Shown one piece after another: positions 18,332 through 28,000 of a DNA stretch of 64,000 nt. Each line of letters starts with the position of its first letter. Position 1 is the stretch's first letter. The notes beneath the pieces were generated by a model. The model saw only the letters and a program-made list of their open reading frames with translations. It had not been told where the DNA came from and searched no databases. Both the position numbers and the translations under genes were made by a program. Source of the stretch: an uncultured Planctomycetota bacterium (GTDB taxonomy: Bacteria > Planctomycetota > Phycisphaerae > Tepidisphaerales > Tepidisphaeraceae); the NCBI GenBank assembly GCA_963841915.1, contig CAWJEN010000005.1, forward strand, positions 1,152,001 to 1,216,000, written 5' to 3'.

Positions 18332-19913
18332 TCAGGAAGCGGTGGCGATGCCTTGGCCGCTGAGGTCGTGGTACGCCCGCATCCCGTGCTCGCCGAGGTC
18401 GAGGCCTTCGATCTCTTCGGCTTCGCTGACGCGAATGCCACCGAGCATCTTGCAGATGAAGAAGATCACAAAGGCGATCAAGAAGGCGGTGACGCTGACC
18501 GACACGGTGCCGATGAGCTGGGCCATGAAGTCCTTGCCACCGAAGATACCGACGGCCAGGGTGCCCCAGACGCCGCAGACGCCGTGAACGCTGATGGCAC
18601 CGACCGGATCATCGATCTTGATCTTGTCGAAGCCGTAGACGCTGAAGACGACGAGGATGCCGGCAATGCCGCCGACGACGATCGCCCAGCCGGGGCTGAT
18701 CGAGTCCGCACCGGCAGTAATGCCGACGAGGCCTGCGAGCAGGCCGTTGAGGCCCATCGTCAGGTCAGGCTTGCCGGTCGCACCCCAGGAGGTGAGCAGG
18801 GCGATCATGCCACCGGCAACGCCGGCGAGGGTCGTGGTGACGAAGACGAAGCCGACACCACCCGAGACACCATCGGCAGCCGAGTAGGTGTCTTCTGCGG
18901 CCGAAAGGACGGAACCGCCGTTGAAGCCGAACCAGCCGAGGAACAGCAGGAAGACACCGATGTTGACGAGCGGAATGTTGTGTCCGGGGATACCGCGGGT
19001 CTCACCGTTGGGGCCGTACTTGCCGAGACGTGGCCCGAGCAGGATGACACCAGCCAATGCGCCCCAGCCACCGAAGGCGTGGACGACGGAGCTACCGGCA
19101 AAGTCGTAGAAGCCGTCGCCATCGGCGAGGGTCGACAGCCAGCCACCGCCCCAGTGCCAGCTACCGACGAACGGGTAGCCGAACATGACGAAGACAACGG
19201 CAAACACCATGAACGGTGCAAGCTTGATCCGCTCGGCGACGGCACCAGAGACGATGGTGGCCGCGGTGGCGGCGAACATGGCCTGGAAGATGAAGTCGGT
19301 GTAGGCCGTGTAGTGAACCGTCGTAGTACGACGGGCTCAGGCTCACGCCGTCCGACACATCAAGGGCGAGCCGAGGGCGAAGACGCCGGGGATGATCCAT
19401 GCGTCACCCGGGTAGTGGCTGACAGAAGCCCCAGGCCCAGTACGCCAGAATGCCGGTGCAGATGATCCACAGGTTCTTCGTCAGGATGTTGACGGAGTTC
19501 TTTGCACGGCACAGGCCGCTCTCGACGCAACCGAAGCCGAGGTGCATGATGAACACGAGCGCCGCTGCAATGAGGACCCAGATGTTGTTGGCACGGTACT
19601 GGCCGGGCGTGACATCTAGCTCATCGAAGGTCGAAGCAGACAGATCGGTGTCGATCGTGGTCGGATCGACCTCCTCTTCTTCGACGACATCGTCAACGGC
19701 GATTTCGACGTTAGCGGCGGTCTCGTCGACCTGGGCGGCCATGTCGTCGCCGAAGGATTCGGGCGTGTCGTCCTGTGCCGAGGCCGTGGTGGCGAAGGTG
19801 AAGGTCGCCACGGCCGCCAGGGCCAGCGTCAGCAGGCCCCACGATGGGCGGCGGGAAGAACCGGCACTGGGCCGGTGGAATAGCGGTAGCGGGCGTGGCA
19901 TCTCGTCCTGCAT
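18332..19913 (-). pseudogene. amtB: Ammonium transporter AmtB, interrupted by three small indels (assembly error or recent pseudogene)
   Basis: LVFIMHLGFGCVESG..KN in the 5' ORF; FQAMFAATAATIVSGAVAER, DFAGSSVVH, LGWFGFNGGS, DDPVGAISVHG, EIEGLDLGEHG in the 3' ORF; frame changes near 19424, 19363 and 19316. Confidence 0.88.
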
Positions 19914-20216
19914 GGTCGTTGCGTGGATGGGAAGGGGCGGAGGCTCAGAGTCCAAACCACCGACTCGCGACGGGTGTCCCAGGACATGCAGCGACCCAAT
20001 GGGCCGGCACGGTCGTCGGGCGAGCGAGGGTGTGATGAAGGTCCGAAGTTGAGAAGAACCGCGAGGTTCAGGTCGTCACAAGGCCGAGTGGTGGTCGGCC
20101 GGGCCAGGCGAAAGGAGCGAAATCGCGCTGGCAGCTCGTACGTCTTGATCGGTTGCTGCGGCCAGGTGTACCGGTTCGGCGTCGCCCGTGCAAGTGGTGG
20201 GGGCGCTGACACCTGG

Positions 20217-20251
20217 CAAAATCCGCACGCCGGCGTTAGCCGACGGGCGGA
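20217..20251 (-). terminator. Terminator-like hairpin after the porin gene
   Basis: Minus strand TCCGCCCGTCGGC-TAAC-GCCGGCGTGCGGA-TTTTG. Confidence 0.55.
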
Positions 20252-20267
20252 GGAAGAAACAGGTGCC

Positions 20268-21251
20268 TTAGAAGGCCAGGTCGAGCGACAGGCTGCCGAT
20301 CAGCTGCACGTTGTCGTCGCCGTTGATCGACTCGAGGTTGTCGGCGAAGAGGAACAGACCCTCGACGGCCGGCGTCAGCGTCCACGAGCCGTACTTGCCA
20401 CCGGGCGTCAGCGGGAAGCCGGCGGCGGCGGCGACGCTGACGTAGCCCAGGAACGTGTCGTCACCCTGGTCGTCGAAGTAGTAGTCGTCGAGGCTCATGC
20501 CGACCGTCACCGGAAAGGCCAGGGAGATCGGGTCGTCAAAGCTCTCGATTTCCAGCTCCGTGGCGGCTTCGATGCCGAGCTCGAGGTAGGCGTCTTCACT
20601 GCCACCCTCGTCCTTGGTTTCGAAGTAGACACCGGCACCGACGCCGAGGTCGAAGACGAACTCGTCGTCGACGTCCGGATCGTCACCGGTGAGCGGGATG
20701 GCGTAGCTGACGTACGCGCCGAGCTCCTGAATCTCCGGAACGCCACCGAACGGGTAGAGGTACCAGGTGTAGATGGCACCGAACTCGAAGTTACCGGTCG
20801 AGGCGGTCAGGCCGGCGTAGAGGTCGCTCTCGTACCACGACGAGGGGCTGGCGCCGACGCCTTCAACTTCGCTGTTGAAGCTGTTCCACGTACCGACGGT
20901 GGCCTCGAAGGTGTAGTCGTCGGTGGCGTAGACGGGGAAGCCGATCTCGATGTACGGCTGGGCAATGATGCCGCCGTTCAGGAGGCCGTCGTCATCCTGT
21001 AGGTAGCCACGGAAGAAGTAATCGGTGGCGAAGGTGACGCCGACACCGACGCTGTACTCATCGGGCTCGACCTGGTCGTTCTCGGCCATGGCCTCATCGG
21101 CGATGCCGACGACGTCAGTCTGGGGGCGCTCTTCGTTCAGCTGGGCCGAGGCCGGCGCGGCGAAGATGGTGGCGACAACCGCGGCGGCGGCGAGGCGAAG
21201 GGCGACGGTGCGGCTCGGCAGGGTGGCCGAAAGGTTCTCAAGTAGGTTCAT
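20268..21251 (-). CDS. TorF/Gcw_chp-like outer-membrane beta-barrel (putative porin)
   Basis: Signal peptide, ATDYFFRGYLQ, GTWNS, WYESDLYAG, terminal Phe; adjacent to amtB as is known for this family. Confidence 0.8.
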   Translation of the reverse strand: MNLLENLSATLPSRTVALRLAAAAVVATIFAAPASAQLNEERPQTDVVGIADEAMAENDQVEPDEYSVGVGVTFATDYFFRGYLQDDDGLLNGGIIAQPYIEIGFPVYATDDYTFEATVGTWNSFNSEVEGVGASPSSWYESDLYAGLTASTGNFEFGAIYTWYLYPFGGVPEIQELGAYVSYAIPLTGDDPDVDDEFVFDLGVGAGVYFETKDEGGSEDAYLELGIEAATELEIESFDDPISLAFPVTVGMSLDDYYFDDQGDDTFLGYVSVAAAAGFPLTPGGKYGSWTLTPAVEGLFLFADNLESINGDDNVQLIGSLSLDLAF

Positions 21252-21497
21252 CAGTTCTCCGAAGACATTGGGGCAAGCGCCCCGCGGGTTGTTAGGCTGA
21301 ATCGTGCGTCGGTCGGACGGCGACACGAACGGTCGCGATGCCTGAAAAGGCATGAATCGGCCAATTACCGGCCGGGGCTGGAGTCCGCCGAAGCGAACGG
21401 TCGCCCACATTCCATCCGGCTTCCGGCGGTCCTTGCCGAAGCGGGTGCCTGACGCGGGAACCACCATGCAGCCGAGGCTGGCATGTCAGGCTCCGTC

Positions 21498-21513
21498 GGG
21501 CACCCGCTTTGCA
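21498..21513 (+). promoter_or_regulatory. Second sigma54-like -24/-12 element in the opposite orientation, overlapping the first
   Basis: GGGCAC-CCGCT-TTGCA. Confidence 0.45.
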
Positions 21514-21525
21514 AAGCGTGTGCCG
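21510..21525 (-). promoter_or_regulatory. Sigma54 (-24/-12) promoter facing the porin-amtB unit
   Basis: Minus strand CGGCAC-ACGCT-TTGCA, exact GG-N10-GC spacing; upstream of nitrogen-uptake genes. Confidence 0.75.
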
Positions 21526-21930
21526 GTTGCACGCGGCCGGGCCAATCAAGAGCGGGAGGCCATGACCTTTTGCTCCTGCTGACCGTGGCGGCGTACGGGT
21601 CTGCGACCCGACAGAATCCGCCGCCCGCGGCGCGTTGCGATGACGTTGTAGGTACTTTCCTCGCGAAGTGCTAACACAAATGCGTGTTGCGACGCGTCTG
21701 ATAAATCGGCTCAGCTTGCTTCTGCAGCAACAGCAACATCGTCAACCTCAAATCGCTGTTTGAACAGGCACCCACAGGCGCTGTTGCTCAATCTGCGCGC
21801 GGCTCAGGCGGCATAGCACCTTTTGCTGAAGTAGAAGCTGTAGCACCGATGGGCGGATCGGTCGGTCGTAATTCTCCTCACGCCGCGTCGGCGGGGCAGA
21901 CGCTTACTGTGCGGCGACTTTCGGCCGCCA

Positions 21931-23727
21931 ATGCAGATCCGCAACTTCTCCATCATCGCCCACATCGACCACGGCAAGAGCACCTTGTCCGACCGCCTGC
22001 TCCAGCGGGCGGGCGCCATCAGCGAGCGGGAGATGCGCGGGCAGATGCTCGACTCGATGGACCTCGAGCGCGAGCGTGGCATCACCATCAAAGCCAGTGC
22101 CGTCACGGTGAACCACCTGCACAACGGCGAGCCGTTCATGCTCAACTTCATCGACACGCCCGGTCACGTCGACTTCCACTACGAGGTGCGCAAGGCCCTG
22201 CAGGCCTGTGAAGGAGCCATTCTCGTCGTTGACGCCACGCAAGGCGTGCAGGCACAAACCGTCGCCAACGCCTACGCAGCCGTCGAGCAGGATCTGGAGA
22301 TCATCCCGGTCATCAACAAGATCGACCTGCCCAGCGCCCGTCCCGACGAGGTGGCAGAAGAGGTCGAGCAGATCCTGGGCTTCCCGGCAGAAGACTGCAT
22401 CTACGTCAGCGCCAAGACCGGCGTCGGCATCGATGAATTGCTGGCGGCCCTCTGCGATCGGCTGCCGGGACCGAAGTCGACCGGCGATGCTTCGACGCGT
22501 GGCCTGATCTTCGATTCTCACTACGACGATTACAAAGGGGTTGTCACCTACGTCCGAATGGTCGACGGGGCGATCGTCAAAGGCCAGAAGATGCGTCTGA
22601 TGGGTACGGGTCGCGACTACCCGATCACCGAGCTGGGCAAATTCCTGCCGGTCGCGACGCGGGTCGATCGCATCGGGCCCGGCGAGGTCGGGTATGTCGT
22701 GGCCACCATCAAGGACATTCACGACGTCCGCGTCGGTGACACCCTGACCGATGCCGCCCGCCCGGCGGCCAACCAGTTGCCCGGTTACGAGCAGGTCCAG
22801 CAGATGGTCTTCTGCGACTTCTACCCGGGCGGCAGCACGCAGTACGAAGACCTACGCGACGCGGTCGACCGCCTTAGCCTCAATGACTCGTCCTTTACGT
22901 TCAACCCCGAGTCGAGCGATGCACTGGGCTTCGGCTTTCGATGCGGCTTCCTGGGGCTGTTGCACATGGAGATCGTGCAGGAACGTCTCGAGCGGGAGTT
23001 CGACATCGAGGTCATTCAAACCGCTCCGACCGTCACGTACGAGATCGCACTCAGCGACGGCAGCGTCGAGCGGATCGACGCGCCCAGCCAGTTGCCCGAC
23101 CCGTCGCACATCAGAGAAGTGCGTGAGCCGATTATCCGCATGAACGTGATGGTGCCCGAGTCGTTCGTCGGCTCGATCATGACGCTGTGCGAAGAGCGTC
23201 GCGGCACGTACAAGAAGACCGAGTACATCGGCATGGGTGATCAGCGGCGGACGATAATCACCTACGACGTGCCGCTGGCCGAGATCATTTACGACTTCTA
23301 CGACAAGCTCAAAAGTGCCACGAAGGGGTACGGCACAATGGATTACGAGCTGCGCGGCTTCGAGGCTGCGAATCTCGCCCGCGTGGACGTGCTCGTCAAC
23401 GGCAGCCGGGTCGACGCGCTGTCGATGATCCTGCACCGCAGCACGGCAGAAGTGCGCAGCCGGGTGATCTTGGCGAAGCTCAAGACGAAGATCGACCGGC
23501 ACCTCTTCGAAATCCCACTCCAGGCGGCGATCGGTGGCAAAATCATCGCCCGCGAGACGATCAAGAGCGTCGGCAAGAACGTGACCGCCAAGTGCTACGG
23601 CGGTGACGTCAGCCGCAAACGAAAGCTGCTGGAGAAGCAGAAGAAGGGCAAAGCCCGCATGAAACGCGTCGGCAGCGTCGACATTCCCCAGGAAGCCTTC
23701 CTGGCGGTGCTGGAAACCGGCGAGTGA
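21931..23727 (+). CDS. lepA: Elongation factor 4 (LepA)
   Basis: IRNFSIIAHIDHGKSTLSDRL, DTPGHVDF, NKID, GFRCGFLGLLHMEI, KNVTAKCYGGDVSRKRKLLEKQK. Confidence 0.98.
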   Translation: MQIRNFSIIAHIDHGKSTLSDRLLQRAGAISEREMRGQMLDSMDLERERGITIKASAVTVNHLHNGEPFMLNFIDTPGHVDFHYEVRKALQACEGAILVVDATQGVQAQTVANAYAAVEQDLEIIPVINKIDLPSARPDEVAEEVEQILGFPAEDCIYVSAKTGVGIDELLAALCDRLPGPKSTGDASTRGLIFDSHYDDYKGVVTYVRMVDGAIVKGQKMRLMGTGRDYPITELGKFLPVATRVDRIGPGEVGYVVATIKDIHDVRVGDTLTDAARPAANQLPGYEQVQQMVFCDFYPGGSTQYEDLRDAVDRLSLNDSSFTFNPESSDALGFGFRCGFLGLLHMEIVQERLEREFDIEVIQTAPTVTYEIALSDGSVERIDAPSQLPDPSHIREVREPIIRMNVMVPESFVGSIMTLCEERRGTYKKTEYIGMGDQRRTIITYDVPLAEIIYDFYDKLKSATKGYGTMDYELRGFEAANLARVDVLVNGSRVDALSMILHRSTAEVRSRVILAKLKTKIDRHLFEIPLQAAIGGKIIARETIKSVGKNVTAKCYGGDVSRKRKLLEKQKKGKARMKRVGSVDIPQEAFLAVLETGE

Positions 23728-23759
23728 TATCGGCGCTCAGCGTGTAGAATCGAGGCGTC

Positions 23760-24365
23760 ATGACGCTCGCACCGCCACAGCACGAAGCAGGCCCGGAGAG
23801 TGTTCGCCAGAACGCGATCCGCAACGGCTGGTTGACGGCGGAGGAATTTCAGGCTCTGCCTGTGCCGCCTGGAGCTGGGAAACGGGAGCTCCTCGACGGT
23901 GAAGTAAGTTCCATGCCTCCACCTGGATTTGGGCACGGGTCGCGACAGGTTCGTCTGAGCCGGCGTCTACTAGATCACGCCGAACATCATGACCTAGGCG
24001 AGGTGGTGGTGGAGACCGGCTTCATCCTCGCGCGATCACCGGACATCGTGCGACTGCCGGACGTGGCTTTCGTTCAGAAGGCAAGGCTTCCAAGCGACGG
24101 GCAGAGCGAGCTGTACTTTGACGGACCGCCAGACTTGGCCGTGGAGGTAACTTCGCCGTCTGAGACAAGTGAGCGAATCGATGCCAAGGTGGACGAGTAC
24201 CTGTCCTTTGGCACCCGACTCGTCTGGGTCGTCAACCAGCGTCGCCAGAACGTCGTCGTCTACCGCCTCGGCATCCCACCGCTGACGCTCGGCATCGTCG
24301 ACACGCTTGAAGGTGGTGAGGTTCTGCCACGATTCGCGGTGAAGGTTGCTGAGATCATGGAGTAG
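23760..24365 (+). CDS. Uma2 family (PD-(D/E)XK) endonuclease-like protein
   Basis: ELLDGE..MPPP...HG, VRLPDVAFV, PDLAVEVTSPS, K..EY...G..LVWVV. Confidence 0.9.
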   Translation: MTLAPPQHEAGPESVRQNAIRNGWLTAEEFQALPVPPGAGKRELLDGEVSSMPPPGFGHGSRQVRLSRRLLDHAEHHDLGEVVVETGFILARSPDIVRLPDVAFVQKARLPSDGQSELYFDGPPDLAVEVTSPSETSERIDAKVDEYLSFGTRLVWVVNQRRQNVVVYRLGIPPLTLGIVDTLEGGEVLPRFAVKVAEIME

Positions 24366-24416
24366 CGGTTCCCGCCCCAAGCGTTCGGCCGCGTCGGCCG
24401 ATACGTGGGGTGGAAG

Positions 24417-24938
24417 ATGCGATTAGCCGTCCCTGACAACACCACTACGCCGCCGCTGAAGATCGGTGAGCTTCTTGTCCAGCAAGGGGCCATCACGGCC
24501 GAACAGTTGGCCCACGCACTCGACGTGCAGGCGGCCATCGGCAGGCCGCTCGGTGACCTGTGCGAGAGACTTTTTGACCTCGACCCGCAGGCGGCGGACA
24601 CGGCATGGGCGGAGCAATTTGCGACGAGTCAGTTGCCCCGCGACATTTCAGACGAGGTCGTCGACAGCCGGTGTGTCGGCATGCTGCGGCCACGCCAAGC
24701 CTGGCAGTTCCGCCTGATGCCCTTGCGATTCGAAGCTTTACCGGCAGACCACGTGACACCGCGGCACCTTGTGCTGGCGACGACATCGGACGGCCTGCGG
24801 CGGGCGATGAACTTTGCGGCTCGTTCATTCACGGTCCCGCCCAGTTTGATCGTGGCGACGCCTGCGTCGCTGCGGGCGGTGCTGGCGGTATATTATCCGG
24901 TTTCGTCCGATCTTGCCGATCGTGCGTTTGCTCGGTGA
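24417..24938 (+). CDS. Stand-alone MshEN (GspE/PilB N-terminal, c-di-GMP-binding) domain protein
   Basis: KIGELLVQQGAITAEQLAHALDVQ matches the RLGxxL..G......L..AL..Q motif; second motif degenerate; no ATPase domain. Confidence 0.7.
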   Translation: MRLAVPDNTTTPPLKIGELLVQQGAITAEQLAHALDVQAAIGRPLGDLCERLFDLDPQAADTAWAEQFATSQLPRDISDEVVDSRCVGMLRPRQAWQFRLMPLRFEALPADHVTPRHLVLATTSDGLRRAMNFAARSFTVPPSLIVATPASLRAVLAVYYPVSSDLADRAFAR

Positions 24939-25064
24939 GGTTCAGGCCGTCGAACGGGCCTAATCAGGTCTGTCGGCGTTGCAGCAAAAGCGGCTTCGGT
25001 TTAGGTTCGGCAGCAACTGCCGCCGTTCATGGTGGCTTCCACGCGAACCTGCCGGAGACCGAAG

Positions 25065-28000
25065 ATGCCCAGCCGTACCCGTCCGTCGACCCTTGAGGCG
25101 CTCGAATCGCGCCGCCTGCTAGCTGCTGACATCGGGACTGAGGCGGTCGGCCTGACGGGGAGCGACGTCCGTCGCATTCTCAACGACGCCACGGCCCAGG
25201 TGGTCGCGAGTGTCGATGCAGCGCCGTACTGGGTCGACGAGGCCGACCCGGAGCCGACGCTCGGCCGGGGCGTGGACAATCGCATCCACGCGGTTGCGAT
25301 GAACGGCGTCAGGCTGAACCGTCAGGCGCTCATCGACAGCCTTGCAGACGCTCCGGCCGAGTCGCCCGGCGGGGCACGGCCTGCAGATTTGTTGAGTCTG
25401 CCGACGTTGTACGTCCCGACGCCCGACGGCAGCTTCCAACGTTTTGCCGTACAGAGCACGACAATTCTGTCACCCGATCTGGCTGCAAAGTACCCCGACA
25501 TCAGGACTTTCCGCGGCTGGGGCATCGACGACCCGGCGGCTATCGCGCAGTTTGACCACACGCAGCAGGGCTTCCACGCTCAGGTGCTGTCGCCGAGCGG
25601 AGCGTACATGGTCGACCCGTACGAGCACATGCAGGCCGACGGCACGTACGTCAGCTACTTCCGCCAGCACGCCGTTCGCGTGCCCGGCGAGGGTGACGGG
25701 CACGACGTCGTGTTGGGCGAGGAAGCTGACCACGACCACGACCACGACGAGGACGATCACCATCACGATGAGTTCATCGTGGCAGGCCCGGCAGAAACGT
25801 CGACGAGCAACATCCGCCGAAACTACCGGGCGGCCATCGCGACAACGGGCGAGTATGCACAGTTTCACGGCGGCACCGTCGCCAGTGCCTTGTCGGCCAT
25901 TGCCACCACGCTCGCACGCGTCGACGGCGTGTACGAGCGTGACCTCAACATCAGCTTCACGCTGGTGCCGAACAACGATCAGATCGTTTTCACCAACGCC
26001 GGCAGCGATCCGTACAACAATTCTGACACGTTCCAGCAGATCAACGCGAACCAGGGTGTGATTGACGGCGCGATCGGTAACGCCAACTACGACATCGGGC
26101 ACGTCTTCAGCACTGCAAGCGGCGGGCTGGCGAGCCTCGGCGTCGTCGGCGAGACCGGTGCCAAGGCGCGCGGCGTCACCGGCATCAGTTCGCCCATTGG
26201 TGACCCGTTCGACATCGACTACGTCGCCCACGAGTTCGGTCACCAATTCGGTGGTAGCCACACGTTCAACGGCGTCAACGGCTCATGTTCGGGCGGAAAT
26301 CGCTCCAACAACAACGCCTACGAGCCCGGCAGCGGCTCGACTATTCAGGCGTACGCCGGCATCTGCGGGGCCGACAACCTGCAAAGCAACAGCGACCCCT
26401 ACTTCCACGCCCGATCGATCTTCCAGATCAACACATACACGGCGAGCGGCGTCGGTTCGGGCTTTAACAATACCAACACCGGCAACAACGCGCCGACGGT
26501 CAATGCCGGCGTCGGCATGACGATTCCGGCGCGGACGCCGTTCGAGATCGTCGCCAGCGGCGGAGACATCGACGGCGATGCGGTCACGTTCACTTTCGAG
26601 CAATACGACCTCGGCGACGCCGAAGCCCTGGGTGCACCAGACGACGGCAACGGTCCGCTCTTCCGTTCACGCATGGGCACGACCAGCAATGTTCGCTCGT
26701 TTCCCGAACTGGCAGACATTCTGGCCGGTCGCGAGGATGCCGACGAGATTCTGCCCAAGGTCAGCCGCAACGGCAACGACCTGCTGAGCATCCGCGTTAC
26801 CGCACGTGACGGCGTGGGTGGCGTGCAGGACAGCCAGGTCAACCACGCCGTCATCAACACCGGCAGCGCGTTCGAAGTCACGACTGCCAACTCGCCAGGC
26901 ACGACATGGGGCACCGGCTCGACACAAACCGTCAGCTGGAACGTCGCCGGCACGACCGCCAACGGCATCAACACGGCCGACGTCGACATCTTCCTCAGCT
27001 ACGACAACGGCCAGACGTTCACGCTGGTCGCCAACGACACGCCCAATGACGGCTCGGCGAGCATCACCATTCCGGCAAGCGCCCCGACCACCTCGACGGC
27101 TCGCGTCAAGATCAAGGGCGCGGGCAACATCTTCTTCGACATCAACAACGCCCCGATTGCAATCGAGGCCACCGGCCCGGTCGTGCCGAACGGGCTACCG
27201 GCGACGTTGACGTTGGCCGATGACGGGGCAATTTACGCCGGCCCGGGCGGCGACTTTGCCGACGCCGACTTCGAGCTCGATCCGTTCACGGCTTCGCCGG
27301 ACCTGACGACGACGAGCGACGTCGACAGCTATGTCTTTGCCGTTGATCAGCAAGGCACGTACACCTTCACCGCCAGCGACGTGGCCGGTGGCGGAACGGT
27401 CTTCCCGATCCTGGCCGTCTACGACGCAGACACGGGAATGCCCATCGCGACGTCATCCGATGGCACGGGTACGACCAACAGCGTCGACGTCTTCCTGACC
27501 GTCTGGCAGCGTGTCATCGTTGCCGTTGCCGATGAGGGCAACGTCGCGGCCGGCGACATCACGCTCGATGTGGAGGGCCCGGGCCAACCGGTCACCTTCC
27601 TCAGCCTCGACGCCGCCGGTGATCGCGTATTCAACTCGACGATAGACGACCGTGCCGACAGCGACTTCTACGCCTTCACGCTTCCGTCAAACAGCAACGG
27701 CAGCGGGACTATTGCCGTCAGCACCATCTCCAGTGACACCGTGCTGTCGTTGTACGACAGCAGTAACAATCTCATCGCCTTTGACGATCAGCTCGGCACA
27801 ACGGGGCAGGAGGTGATCAACTTCACCGGCCTGACACCGGGGGCCGTCTACCGCGTTCGCGTGGGTACCTTCCAGTACGGCAGCAGCGTATCGGCTTACA
27901 CGCTGACGATCAACGCTGATGTACCTGTCGCTCCGCCCGCGCCGTCGGCTCCCATGCTGCAGGCAATCGCTGACACCGGCGTTTCGAACAGTGACGGCAT

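Noticed and set aside
19340..19410. TGA recoding (selenocysteine or readthrough) in amtB
   Set aside because: The stops disappear once the frame changes are applied, and TGA is used as a normal stop throughout the window.
23760..24365. Uma2 nuclease as a defence or mobile system
   Set aside because: Single gene of a family commonly expanded in planctomycetes; no methylase, antitoxin or flanking repeats.
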